Positions 40,308 to 54,047 of a stretch of 64,000 nt of DNA are shown here, piece by piece. Below the pieces are notes generated by a model. That model was not told the DNA's origin, made no database searches, and worked only from the letters and a program-made list of their open reading frames with translations. Positions within the stretch are counted from its first letter, which is position 1; every line of letters starts with the position of its first letter. A program made the translations under genes and the position numbers. The DNA is from Lama glama (lineage: Eukaryota). The stretch is from the NCBI GenBank assembly GCA_028534125.1, contig CM052817.1, positions 55,988,001 through 56,052,000 on the forward strand, written 5' to 3'.

Positions 40308-42914
40308 AGGAACATACTGGGAATGTTAATGTGATTCTTTATTAGTTTTCCTAATTTTTACTATTTGCTTATCTCTTTAGATATTGAGAGTTGGAAAGCC
40401 TTTCGCCTGTGAAAACACTTACGTTTTCATGTTATGTTAAAAATTGATCCATTTATATCTATTTAACTCAGTAAAATATTAAGTCTGAGTACACAGCAAT
40501 AATTTCTTATGTATGTATTTACTTACTAACTTAATAATCAAACATGATTTCACATAAAATTGAAAATTAAAGAAAACATACTGAAATTATTTTTTAATTT
40601 TCCATAATCCAACCCGGCAGAGAGAATCATTTTGATATAGTCTCTTCCAAATGCTGTACCCACATACTCAATAAAAAGATGGTAGTGAACATAAACTTTT
40701 AGTATCCTACTTCTTAATTATGAACATTTTATCATATAACTTGGCATTCTACAATACATGATTTTTAAATGGAAGCACAGTGTTTCATGCTTTGACTGTA
40801 ACATAATTTATTTAGCTAATCCTCCAGTACAAAAGTTTAGTTTTATCTGGCAGTTTTCTACTATCAAAAGTACTGTGATGATCCCCTTGTATATAATTTG
40901 ATGTATATATTCTTTATCATTCCCTTGCAATTAATTCTTAGATTCAGAATTATTCTATCAAAAGATACGTCTGTTTTAAAGATCTCATTTTATTTTATCA
41001 AATAGCTCGCTAGGAAGTTTGTATCAATGGGAAGTTCATCACAGGAGGATTGCATAATGAGGCAGCACATAACGGTTTTCAAGAATAGCCTTAGAATCAG
41101 TTCAAAAGCTAGTTATGTCACATCATTTTTCATTTTTGAAAGGTAATTGACTTCTCAATTTTTTATTTATAAATTGTAATTTGTAATTGTAATTCATAAA
41201 TTGTAGTCCATATTTTAAAGAGTGAAAAACAGTATTTTCTACACCCTTGAAATATTTTCCAAATAAGTGGAAAAAGTAATACCTGATTTTAATGACCAAA
41301 CTATCACCAGGTCTTTCCTAAACTCCTATGGTTTAACCAGGACTGTGTTAGATACCACACACTAAAATGCAAAGGATGACAAGGCCTTTTCTGCTGCATA
41401 ATGATAGTCTAAGTCTATGCACATTAAAAACAAATAGACAAAAATCCAAAGCAATTTGTTCCCTTTTAGTAAAAGTCAATTTTAAGCTTAAAGTCAACCT
41501 GGTAAAGAAAAGAAAAATATTTGTTATGGATCTGTAGGCTGTAATAAGAAATCAGATTAAGTGTACCCAGAATTACTGACCATTATACATATATTAAAAA
41601 TTGAATTGTTTCATTTTCTTAGCAAAATAAAAGACTCACTTTGATTTATAAACTCATCCCTAAGGCATAACTACTAGAATCTTAAAGCATTTCCCTGATA
41701 ATAACTTAGATAATATAAAATGAAAAAAAACTAAAAGAAAGAAAACTGAAAAGAAAGTGATCAAAGTCAGAATGGCCTTCATGGAATTTTTTTTTAAAGG
41801 GAGTAGAGGGAAGCAAGTGGAAATAAAGCCTTGACAATCCTGAAGTATATTCTACTCAGTCCCCAGCAGAATTGTGCCCCAGATGCCTACAGAATAAACA
41901 GCTTATTAACACACTTTTTATAGCTTTCCCTCCCCTGTCTGACTCACTCTCCCCACTCACTCATTTCTGCTCCTGATATCAACTTCCAGAAAAGCACTCT
42001 CATGCAGCGTGCTCTCCCCTGGTGCTCCACACACACACACACACACAAGGAATATATTAAATTAGTCTCCAGACAACAAAAAGCTTAGGGAAGCTCAGAA
42101 GTCACTTATTCCCTCCTTACCCAAATATTGAAAACTGCATACAACTGACATACATATCCATAAACGAAATAGTACCTGGGCACCAGATTATGATTATTCA
42201 ATTGCATGCCCTTTCTTCCTACATGTCTTCCTCCTTGAGTCTCTCTACTCATGCCAGTAGATCTCATTCCCACTCACTTTTTCAAATGGAAATACAGTTG
42301 GTTTACAATGTTGTTAACTTCTGATGTACAGTATACTGATTCAATTACACACACACACACACACACACATTCTTTTCATATTATTTTTCCTTACAGGCTA
42401 TTACAAGGTATTGAATATAGTTTCCTGTGTTATCCATTTTTTAATCCATTCTCAAGTACTATTTTCCTCATCTTGTTAACTAGACTTTAAACACCAGCGC
42501 TCTGAATTAACTGTATCTCTTTAGAATACTTACCTTATTCAGCCCTGAATTGCAGACTTGCATCACCCATTCATTCAAGAAATATACATAAAACTTTGAC
42601 AGCCAACAAGATAAAGAAAAAGCAAAGCAGATACAGCCCAGGTTGCCTTGAAGCTTACAAATTAATGAGGAAATAGGTGTTACTGACCATTCTTTAAATG
42701 TTATTTTGAAGAAAAATATAAAGTTCTATATGCTTAAGAAGAAAGCAACCAAATTTGTACATTATTACAGAATTAGCTGCTTCTTATCAGGGACTCTCAT
42801 CAACATCAACATCAAACAACTACCATACTCTGATCCATACAATATGTAATTTAAATATCTGAAATAATAGTAGTTTAAGAGTTAAGAGACTATAAAGTAA
42901 GGTAAGAGACTTAC

Positions 42915-43012
42915 TGTATGCAAACGTATTGTTTGCTTTCTTTGTTCTTATCAAGGAAAACAAACAGTTTTGGCTGATCAGTTCAAGTGTTTTTACTTTC
43001 AGCTGAGATGGT
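42915..43012 (-). pseudogene. Exon B (98 nt)
   Basis: gtttcttctag|ACCATC...CATACA|gtaagt; TISAESKNT*TDQPKLFVFLDKNKESKQYVCI, phase 0 to 2. Confidence 0.7.
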
Positions 43013-44460
43013 CTAGAAGAAACAGTTTCTCAATTCTTAAGGCATGTGTATGTGTAAATGTGCATTTTGTGTGTGGGCTACACTTCAAATTTAATATAGA
43101 TTTTGCCATTGATTTTTGAGAAATGGATATAGGAACTTCTATTTAAAAAGCTAAGCCACATGTGTAATTGAAAATGTTGCAGAGCTTCTACTGTATTCCT
43201 CATTAGATCTTCCTTTGAATTAAAATTGAGTTTGTAGGACTAGGTCAATACCACCCATACAAGTAATTAGAATTGTTTGGGCAACAGGTCAGAGTTCTAG
43301 ACTCCAGCTGATACCATCCATCAAAATTATGTTTCAATTCTTTTTATGTGTTACTAGAAATATGAGGATCAAATTCTATAATGAGACTTCCATATTTTAA
43401 AATGAACAGAAAAACAACCTGCTAGAAGGTATATTCTCCTGAGACCATTTTTGTTCATTGTCTTATTTTACATTTTCTAAGCTACAATATTCAGAAATGA
43501 ACAATAGTTATATATTTCTCCTTGGAGTCTGGAAGCGAGATTATAGCACAATCAAAGAATGGTAAGGGCCTGAACTAATCGTTAATACTGGGAAATAAAG
43601 ACAGATTAGAGAGAGAGTGTGAGGAAAGGCTTAGCAAAATCTGGTGGCTTGCAGAGAGGCTGATAACCCTGAAAGAAATGAAGCTAGAAGTATCTGGCCT
43701 TTGATGTCTTGCAGAATGATGGTATGCATTACATATATTAATAATAAATAAATAAAGAGGAAAAAAGGTAGGAAATGTTGAGTGTAAATTTAGCAAACAG
43801 AAAGCTACTGCACCTTGAAGAATGCAATGCCAATATTATCTGGAGATGTATGAGAGAGAGCTCAAGATTTAAGATTAAGGATAATTGTCTTATTCTATTT
43901 ATCAGAAAGTAAGCAGGAACTAGAAAGGGACACATATAGTTAATAAAAATAATCAAATAGTCATAACTTGGTGTCTATCTTAAAGTGAGAGTTGCTGAAT
44001 GGGGGTAGACTGATTTCTAAAGAAAAGTTTTGGAATAATACAATAGCATCAAGATAGAATGTAACTAGAATGTATTTTATTCTGATAAAGATTCTATTTA
44101 TGATAAAACTATCTGACTTAGAATTTTAATCTACAGTGAATGTTGTATATAAAATTTAATACACTGATTAATTTCCTAAAAATAAAATCTTATTTAGAAA
44201 AAATATCTTTAAAGAAAAGATATGATTTTCTTAATTTAGCAATTTCTTGTAAGTTTAACTGTTTTAATATGTGATTATAAAAAATGAAAAATGCCAGGTG
44301 CTGAAACATATTGCCACATTTGTGAGCCACTGGCAAGGCATGAGCCCAGTGATTTGGAGAAATATTAATAACTCTTCCAGATCATTTATTTATGTCAGAG
44401 TTGATCATGAAGCCCTAGTCTGCCGAAAGAGCTACAATAGTTCAGCAAGACTTAACTTAC

Positions 44461-44568
44461 ACACCTATATGAATGTACTCAATAGATACAACACTTTTCA
44501 AAAATCTCAACCAAAACATAGTTGATTTTTTCACTGACTTTTGTAACATCAACGGAACATTTTCAAAA
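44461..44568 (-). pseudogene. Exon A (108 nt), probable ancestral start exon
   Basis: ttgcatacag|TTTTG...AGGTGT|gtaagt; reads (M)SVDVTKVSEKINYVLVEIFEKCCIY*VHSYRC. Confidence 0.65.
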
Positions 44569-45704
44569 CTGTATGCAATATACTTATATACTTTATAATA
44601 AAATAAAGGAGCAAATATAACAAATATCACTTAAAAATGATTGTAAAAAATAGAAAACAATGACATAGGGGAAAATACAGTTGTCATATTCCAAGATACA
44701 CGTGATATATGAATTATTTTGCTAATTTAGTTTGAAAAGTGTTGGGGCAAAACTACTATTTTATGAAGTAAAATATTTTATAAGTAAAGCTAGTGAAATA
44801 TAAATGGCATTGTTATGAGATAGCCAGCTCTTTCAGTAAACAATCTTCATTGATTTTATCTGCTAAAATAAATATATCAAATGTGTATTTATTTTATTTT
44901 ACAAGTTGTATAAATTTAAGAAAAATATTAAGAAAGCAAAAATTCCTCACAGTCCCTCAGCTCTGTTCTAACATATACTTCCATTTATAAATATCTATTA
45001 ATATTTGATACAGAAACAGATTTTTTCCAAGAAAATTAAATTCTAAAAATGAAATAGCCAAACATTTCTCTCTCTGTTCATCTTCCTTAAGTGAATAGCC
45101 TATGAATTCATAAAAATGATCTCCATACCAAGCTGCTGTGATGGTTCTATCAGGACCACGCCAAAAAAAAAGTACTACATTATCAAATAACTGTCCGTTT
45201 GTAAGCTCTTTAAAAAGTGGCTCTTTGTTTTCTGACCATCAGAAACTGGTAACAACCAGTAAATTATGTCGTCTTTTTGTAGTTCTGTCCTGAGAAACCA
45301 GCTGCATAAAGAGATTATTTCTAATTTGTACTTGATTATGTAAACATCAATTTATAAACACATCCTTTCACTGTTTTTTACTTCTTAAAAGTTTTATATT
45401 AGCTTCCAATTATTTGATTGTATCAGTAAATTAAACTGATAACATGAACTCTTCAATTCATTAATTACTTAGACAAATATCTAAATATTTTTAACACCTT
45501 CTTTTGTAAAAGGCAAAAGCAAAATGGTCTAAAACGCAGAAGTTCAAAGGGATTAACACTAAGAAAGTCTCGCTGCTGACCTTTTCTATGCCCACTCAGG
45601 ACCCTGCCTTTCTAAAGGCCATGACTATGCCCAGTTTATTCCAGATCTTAATAGCGACAGTCTGTACGTTGACAAAATACACATTTATAGCACAAATTAT
45701 AGTA

Positions 45705-45820
45705 GACACTGATCCTTGAACAATGGGGTTTGAACTGCTTGGGTTCACTTACATTCAGATATTTTCAACAGTCAATACCACAGTACTGGTTGGTTGAATT
45801 TGCAGCATGTGGAGGAACCG
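45705..45820 (+). mobile_element. Tigger-family (TcMar) DNA transposon end fragment
   Basis: cactgatccttgaacaatggggtttgaactgcttgggttcacttac resembles the Tigger2/MER2-group terminus. Confidence 0.6.
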
Positions 45821-47199
45821 GGCAGCATATTTCTCTTCATAGGTGGTTCGAAAACCATTTTTTCTTTACATATATAAAATTTTCTGTTATTTACTGTCAT
45901 AATTGCCATAATACAGATAATTATTATTTATATTTTAAATGTCTAAATAAGACAGAGTAAAGCATAACAGTAAATGCCACCTGAATAATATCTGCAAAAT
46001 ACAATTTTTATTCTCTAAGCCAAAGATCTTCTTTAATTTGATGTAACTAATTTAACAGATCAGAGAATAATACAGCATTCTGACAGTTTACTGGCCTTTA
46101 CTCCTTCTCCAGAAATTTTAAATATCTACCAAGTAACCATTGAAAGCAACCATGTGGAAGTACCATTGCCTCATATATCCATTCATTTATTCATTTGTTC
46201 TTCACATGTGCTGGATCACATAAGAATACTTTGGTATAACACACAGGTACTCAGTATTTGGAGGCTTAAAGTCTAGAAAAATCTACCACTCAAAATTTTG
46301 AGTAATTTATCAAATGTTTACAGTAATGTAAACATTTTTCCCTAAAGAAGCTCTAATTTTTAAAAAAATTACAAATATTAAAACTACTATCAACAAGAGA
46401 GAAAGATTATTCATAAATGTAACAATTATATATTGACTGCCTTTCTTGTATTATTCTATCATGTAATTCACCCATCTGTTCCCTACAGATTTTCCTATAG
46501 TTCTACTTTGACCAGGATTATTTTCTCCTTTTTTCTCCTTGAAATACTCCCCAATCTCTGCAACTATGTCAATAAATTCTCTGTTCAGGCAAGTCTCATT
46601 ATCTCATTATCAGTTACTGCATCCAACTTCTCAGTCTTATTGAATGACAATAAGTAACTCTAGAAAATATTAATGCTTGCTGCTATATTGTTACTTACAT
46701 GTTTGCCATACAATTAAGATAAAGAAAAACTTGTTTAAATATTCTGAGACATAACTTATTTGAACTTTTTGGTACACTCTGGTTTTACGTGATGCCTAAT
46801 AAAAACAATGTTTCTATTCCTAAAAAATGAATATACTTATTTACCCTCTGCCTCACTGTTCTTTACTTGTTCAACATTCTCTCTAATTTTCAACTCAAGA
46901 AGGAACAGATTCTCCAAGGGTGAAGCTGTTTATCAAAGAAGTTCTAGGTGAGGACTGCTGATGAATGTACTTGATTAACAAAAGTAGCTTAGTTCCAGTT
47001 GCCATCTACCCAAAACAAATACCCACTTGAAAGAATTTTTTAAAAATAAATAAACAAAAATAATGTATTTCTTATGAGAAATATTTCACCCAGAGCCACA
47101 GTTCTTTGCCTAGATGTAAAGAAGCCAGCCTCTGGAAAATTCAGATATTTTACTTCATTCTATAATAGTCAGATATTTCTTATTTTTACAGACATCGAT

Positions 47200-47395
47200 G
47201 ATTTTTTTAAATGAAGTATAATCAGTTTACAATATTGTGTCAATGTCTGGTGTACAGCATAATAGTTTAGTCATACATATATAAATATATTCATTTTCAT
47301 ATTCTTTTTCATTATAAGTTATTACAAGATATTGAACATAGTTCCCTGTGTTATACAGTATAACCTTGTTTATCTATTTTATACATAGTAGTTAG
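47200..47395 (-). mobile_element. Short 5'-truncated lineage-specific L1 3' end
   Basis: tttttttaaatgaagtataatcagtttacaat...ttacaagatattgaacatagttccctgtgttatacag; reverse complement resembles the L1 tail at 59090-59568; a similar fragment lies at ~42280-42435. Confidence 0.8.
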
Positions 47396-50300
47396 AGTTT
47401 AAATTACAAATTAAATGTAAAATTATAAATAAAATTATAATTAGCTTAAGTTAAGTCTGATGTCATGAGAATTCTACTTTTAGAGAGAACTCTTGTTGCA
47501 AATGTATTCTGAACTGGTTTTTAAAACCCATATAAATGAGAAATAATCTCTAGAATATTCTTCTAAAGGTATCAAATTTCTTAGCTTTCTAAGAAAGCAT
47601 GATGCATGCCAAGGCCTTGGCAAACATTGCCTGGAACTGTTGCTTTCAGATGTGCTAGTCAACCATCCTGCTATTCTGAACACCTGGTTCTGGTTTGTCA
47701 AAGTCAAGTCCTTTCTCTAGACCATAGAAATATCAGTCATAATATTTTGAAAACAATCACTCAGTATGAATTGAGGGATGTACAAACTACGAAGCAAGTA
47801 TACTTGGTTGACAGAGCAGATGTGAGGATTCATATTTATCTTCATGAGTTTGTCCTAAAATTCTTACATCTTAAAGGCTGGTGTGCTCAGACTTGGGAAA
47901 TTCTAAATAACAACATATACAGTTATAGGGTTTCCTTTCCCAATTGATAAGATGTAGGAAAAAGAGAAATAAAAAAAGAATCTCAAGATAATCACATAAT
48001 CATATTAAGAGAGATTCTCAGTCAGATCTAATCCTGTCAAAACTGGCTTAGAGGAATTAATCACAGAGTCACATAAAAATTAGACTCCACTGAAGTGTGT
48101 GAAATCACCTATATAGATTTTTGTTAATCTCTCCTTTTGTCACCCCTGATATCTGAAATAGATTTTGTTAGAATTAGCTAAAATTAGAATGCCATTGTGG
48201 GCAGTTTCTTCAGCTTCCTTCCTGCTTAGGAAGTTTTGCAGTTGCACAGCACTGGACAGAGAACTTAGAGGAATGGCAGCAACTGCAGAGAAAAATCACT
48301 TACGGTAGACACCTAACTTAGAGCTTTTGAGTAACTTAAGCATATAAATAGGTCATAATACAGTCAGATAGGTAGAACAACAAATTGAACAAATCACTGT
48401 ATAGATAACGTACATATACAAATAAGTATGTAGGTTTACAATGTCTTTCATCTTACATGTAGACATTAACCATAAAATCTTCCTTATTAAAGTAGAAAAA
48501 ATGGCTAGAGAAAATGCATTAATTCATTTAATGATTTATTATGTTAACATTTAATGTTTATAATATATTAATTAATGTTAATTAATGTTTATAATATATT
48601 AATATTAATAAGTGGCATTAGTAAATAAACGCTCATTAGTTTTTATGCATGTGCCAGGCCTTCTCTTAGAAAAAGAAATGCAGTGTTGCAAAAAAACCAA
48701 ATGTATTTTTCCATGATTATTACATTTTTATGAGAAAAGACTGAGAGAAAACAAATGGCACACAGGCATGTGTGAAAACACACATATCCTGTGGTGAAAT
48801 ACAGATGTTAATTATATGACATGCAAAGTTATAGGTATTCTTGGGGTGTGAAACATACAGCTGCATTAGGTATATGTGTATTATATAAATGTGACAGATG
48901 TGTGTATATGTACATGTATGCATGTATGTATGTATATGTACTTAATTTATATGTATATGGCATATATACCTATAGCATGGTATGTATCAGGTACGAGCAA
49001 TTCTAATGAAAAAAATATAGAGCCAGGTAAAAGGATAGTGAGTTTTCTGTGGGTTGGGGTTTGCTCTTTTACTTAGAAGAGTCACAGCAATCTTTTTGTT
49101 ATGATCTAATTTAATTACAGAATTGAGTAAAAGATGATTCAGATCCAAGAGGAGGGTCATGTGTACAATATTAAGGACTTTGGCTTTGTCCTGAGTAATA
49201 CAGGAAGTCATCAGAGAAATTTGAAAAGAAAAATGGCATAATTTGTAAAAGCCCTCTGGCTGATGTTTGGAGAACAGACAATTGGGATGAGTGGGCAAAT
49301 AGGAAAACCAGTTGGGAACCATTGTATAAACAGTCCAGCTGGGGATGCTGGTAACTTGGGGAAAGCAGTAGCCTTATCAATTTTCTGTGTGTTCTTTTTT
49401 TAAAGACTGGAATCCTCACTGGAATTTGATTATCATCAATTATCAGCAATTACTTGATAAAAGATTATCAAAATACATCCCCAAAAATGGAACAAGTGAA
49501 AATGTGTGTTGTGAATCAGGTAGAGGATACACATAAGCATAAATATCATTCATAAAAGTAGTTTGCATGTTGTATATTTGCTATAGTGCTTCCTAAAATT
49601 GTCACTTACAGAATCTAGAATCAACTCTATTCTAGTTTACACAGAGAATTTCGGTTAGTGTTAAAACTATTTTGAAAGTTATTACTTAAAAATGGAAGAC
49701 CAAAAGCAAAGTAATGATTTTCTTAAGCGTCAAAGAACGATTTGCTTGTATGATTCTAGAACTGGGCTGCTTGTATATTTTTATAGCATTATCATATTCT
49801 AGTGGTTAAAGAGGACATACAGATATAAAGGTAATAGTTTCTTTTATATTATGTCAAATATGTACACATAGAGTTCCTTAAATTTAGCTTTTTGAAGTAC
49901 AGTTATTGATTATAATAATTTAACCTTCTTTAAGATTAAAATACTGATTTCCAAAATTAAAATTTTAGGCTTTACCTAAAAAAATATTACGAGAACATAT
50001 TATTCTGCTGTAAAAGTTTACAGAAACTGTGACTTAAATACACTGAGCCAGTATTAGGTTCTGTGGGAAAAAAAATTAACCAATATTTCTCATTGGCCCA
50101 TAACACTGAAATTTACTTCACTCTACCCAGTTACATATATACACCTCACTAAAGGCAAAGAAAGTATAATTACCACATTGAAATAATAATAAAAGACCTT
50201 TTGATTAAATGAATTAACTGTTTGCTTTTATGGGACCTTGGTTAGTAACATCAAAAATTAATTAAGCACTGTCCATGCTAAGAGAGATTTTCTAATATTT

Positions 50301-50445
50301 TCTTGGAGAAATGTGAACTTGGGGTTTTTACTGTACTGATTAAAAAAAGAGAGCAAGTGACTGGATATGCCTTCATAACAAAAAATAATCGCTTTAGTAG
50401 GAGACCACTTGTAAAAACTAATATGGACTCTCTATTTCTGCTTAC

Positions 50446-50503
50446 CTATTGGGCATCACTATACTATTCCAAAGGCAACTTTGAGGAGAATTCCTTGCAT
50501 AAC
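50446..50503 (-). pseudogene. Exon 2 (58 nt, probably 5'UTR)
   Basis: ctcactttttgttgag|GTTATG...CCCAATAG|gtaagc; strong donor, weaker GAG acceptor. Confidence 0.5.
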
Positions 50504-51289
50504 CTCAACAAAAAGTGAGGCAAAATTATCTCAGTTCTCTGTCTTGCTTTTAGTATTCTGTGATATGGGAGAATTTGGCCTGGAAAGAAAAGGACAAAAA
50601 TATCCTAACAACCGCTCCCCCAACTCTCATCTTCTTCTCCTTTCAAAATGTCTTTAAGCCTGAAGAGGTAGATCTTTCTTTTCCTCTACAACATCTCATT
50701 TACTTTTCCATCTTTGGCACACAATAAAACTACTATTGCGCTTTTTAAAACTATATAGGTAACCTAAAGTTTCCATTATGGATTAAGGAAATTGATATAT
50801 AGTTGAAATACTTTTCTCAAGAATCCTAAGACAAGATTGAGACACTGGCATAAACTACCAAACATAAGTTAATAAATAATATCAACTGTACACATAATAG
50901 GAGAGAACATTTTACATCTCATTTTATAATGCCAGTGTTATATACTCTTATACCAAAATCAAATAAAGATAAACAAGAAAGGAACACTGAAGGGTAGTAT
51001 CCCTAAAGAACATAGAAGCAGAATTCTTCAGTAACATTCTAGTAAGTCATATTCAGAAATACTACAAGCAGATAATAAATCATGATAAAGTTAGGCTTGA
51101 TTAAGCATTAGAAAAGCAATTCATGTAATTAAGTATTTTGATGGACTATTAAGGAAGTATCATACAATTATTTCAAAAGGTACATAAAAAGATTTGATAT
51201 AACACAACACTCATTCATGAAAATAGTCTCATTAACTTCATTAAATTAATAAAGGGTATTGTTATGGGCTGAATCATGTCTTCCTAAAA

Positions 51290-53690
51290 CACTGAATCAG
51301 GAAGAATTAGAAAATTCTGAACAAACCAATTACTAGTAAGTAGATTGAATCAGTAATCAAAAATCTCCCAAAAAAGAAAAAAAAAAGAACCAGATGGATT
51401 CATTGCTGAATTTTATCAAAAATTTAAAGAAGAATTAACATCAATCCTTCTCAAACTCATTTTAAAAAATCAAAGAGAAGGGAGCACTCCCAAACTCATT
51501 TTACAAAGCCACCATTACTTTGATATCAAAGCCAGGTAAGGACACTATGAGAAAAGAAAGCCACAGGCCAATATTCCTAATTAATATACATGCAAAAATT
51601 CTCAATAAAAGATACTAGCAAACCAAATTCAGCAGCACACTAAAAGGATCATATACCATGATGAAATAGGATTCATCTTTTGGATGCAAGAATGGTTCAG
51701 CATTTACAAATCATAAATGTGGTACATGACTTTAACAGAATGAAAGAAAGATAAAAATCATATGATCATCTAAATAGATGCAGAAAAAGCATCTGACAAA
51801 ATTCAACATCCATTCATGATTTTAAAAACTTTTACAAGTTAGTTATAGAAGAAATTCACTTCAACATAATAGAGGCCATATATGACAAGACCACAGTTAA
51901 CATCATACTAAATGGTGAGAGGCTGAAAGCTTTTCCATTAAGATCAAGAAAAAGACAAATGTACCCACTCTCACCACTCCTTTTCAACATATGACTGGAA
52001 GTTGTAGTCAGAGCTATCAGGCAAGGAAAAAAAAAAAAAAACAGAACAAGGCATCAGAACTCCAAAGGAAGAAGCAAAATTGTCTTTATTTGTAGATGGC
52101 ATGATTTTATATATGGAAAACCCTACAGACTCCATGAAAGATCTGTTAGATTTAATCATAATATTCAGTAAAGTTGCTTTACACAAAATAGACATACCAA
52201 AACCACTTGTGTTTCTATACATTAAGACCAAATTATCTGAAAAAGAAAGGAAGAAAATGATCCTACTGACAACTGCATCAAAAACAATAAAATATTTAGG
52301 GATAAATTTAACCAAGGAGGTGAAAGATCTCTACCTTGAAAACTACAAGACATTGAGGAAAGAAATTGATGACACAAATGAAAAGGAAAAAACATGAATT
52401 CATGATTGGAAGAATAAATATTGTTAAAATGTCCACAACAACCTATAGATTCAGTATAATCCCTATCAAGATCCTAATGGCTTTTTATTTTTTTTTACAG
52501 AAGTAGAAAAAAATTCTAAATTTTATATGGAATCACAAAAGACCCTGAATAGCCAAAGCAATCTTCAGAGAGAAGAACCAAGCAGGAAGTATTACACTTT
52601 CTAATTTCAAGCTACATTGTAAAGCTAAAATAATCAAAACACTATGGTATTGGCATAAAAACAGACACAGAAACCAATGGAACACAATCAAGAGCTCAGA
52701 AATAAACCCATGCTTATACAGTCAAATAATATTTGACAAGGGAGCCAAGAATACCCAATGGAGAAAAGACAGTCTCTAAAATAAATGGTGTGGGGAAAAT
52801 TGGATATTCACATGCAAAAGAATGAAACTATACCTCTATCTTACACCACTCACAAAATTTAACTTAAATGGATTAAAGACTTAAATAAAGACCTGAAACC
52901 ATAAAATTCCCTAGAAGAAAATACAGGTGAAAAGACCCTTGACATAGGACCTTGGCAATTTACTTTTTGCACATAATCATAAAGCACAAGAAACAAAATT
53001 TTTTTAAAAAATTTAAAAGTGAGACTACATCAAACTAAAAAGCTTCTACACAGCAAAAGAAACAACCAACAAAATGTAAAGGTAACCTATGAAACAGCAG
53101 AATATTTGCAAACCATATGTGGTAAGAGGTTAATATCCAAAATATATGAAGAACTCATACAGCTCAATAGCAACAACCACAACAACAAAAAGCCAATTTA
53201 AAATGGGTAAAGGACTTGAATAGACGTTTTTCCAATGAAGATAATTAAAATGGCTAACATGTACATGAAAAGTTGTTCAGCATCACTAATCATTGGGAAA
53301 ATGTCAATCAAAACCACAATGAGGTATCACCTCACACCTGTTAGAATGGCTATTCTTAAAAAAAAAATAAACAAACAAAACAGACGATAATAAGTATTAG
53401 AGAGGATGTGGAGAAAAGGAAACTTTGTGCATTATTGGTAGGAATGTAAATTGTTGCAGCCACTATGGAAAACATATGGAGGTTCCTCAAAAATTTAGAA
53501 CCACTATATGAGCAAGCAATTGCACTTCTCAGTATATAGTTGAAGGAACTGAAATCACTATGTCAAAGAGGCATCTCCATCCTCATGTTCCTTGCAGTAG
53601 CCAAGCCAGGGAAATCACCTGTGTCCATGGACAAGTGAATGGGAAAGAATATGTGGTATATGTATGCATACAATGTTATATTACTCAATT
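51290..53690 (+). mobile_element. L1 ORF2 (RT and C-terminal region) to start of 3'UTR, frameshifted
   Basis: ORF 52080..52397 contains SLFVDGMILYMENP (L1 RT F-A-D-D-M motif, degenerate) and IKYLGINLTKEVKDLY; continuous L1 homology. Confidence 0.95.
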
Positions 53691-53732
53691 ATTTGTGGGA
53701 ACATGGCTACATAAGTCAGGGTAAAAGAAATA

Positions 53733-54047
53733 TAGGCATATCTCGTTTTACTGCACTTAGCAAACATTATATATATTACAAATTAAAGGTCTGGGACAAC
53801 CTTGCATCAAGCGTCTGTCAGCAACAATGTTCAGAAATTGTTGGCAATAAAGTATTTTTAATTAAGGTATGTACATTGCTTTTTTTAGATGTAACACTAT
53901 GGCACACTTAATAGTCTCTAATAGTGTAAACAAAACTTTTCATATGCTCTGGGAAACCAAACAATTCATGAGACTGGCTTTATTGAGATACTTGCTTGTC
54001 TTCTGGTGGTTTAAAACCCAACCTGCAGTATCTCCGAGATACGCCTT
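53733..54047 (+). mobile_element. Internally deleted Tigger1 with TIRs and TA target duplication
   Basis: ta|taggcatatctcgttttactgcac ... tatctccgagatacgcctt|ta; TIRs taggcatatctcg / aaggcgtatctcg. Confidence 0.85.

Noticed and set aside
35181..44568. Resemblance of exons A-C to the M1 aminopeptidase N-terminus, and of I-K to ferlin/CEP76/CC2D2A fragments
   Set aside because: Only isolated short matches with no GAMEN/HEXXH or C2 context; the kinesin-like landmarks are collinear over a longer span
48300..48400. Strong minus-strand donor CTACC|gtaagt
   Set aside because: No convincing acceptor and not needed for the exon chain; cannot be supported
48540..48610. Short AT-rich direct duplication (ttaatgtttataatatattaat x2); similar case at ~58138-58172
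   Set aside because: Ordinary slippage duplications with no spacer structure; not a CRISPR-like array
52080..52397. 105-aa ORF with reverse-transcriptase-like motif
   Set aside because: Fragment of a frameshifted L1 ORF2, not a host gene or novel RT system
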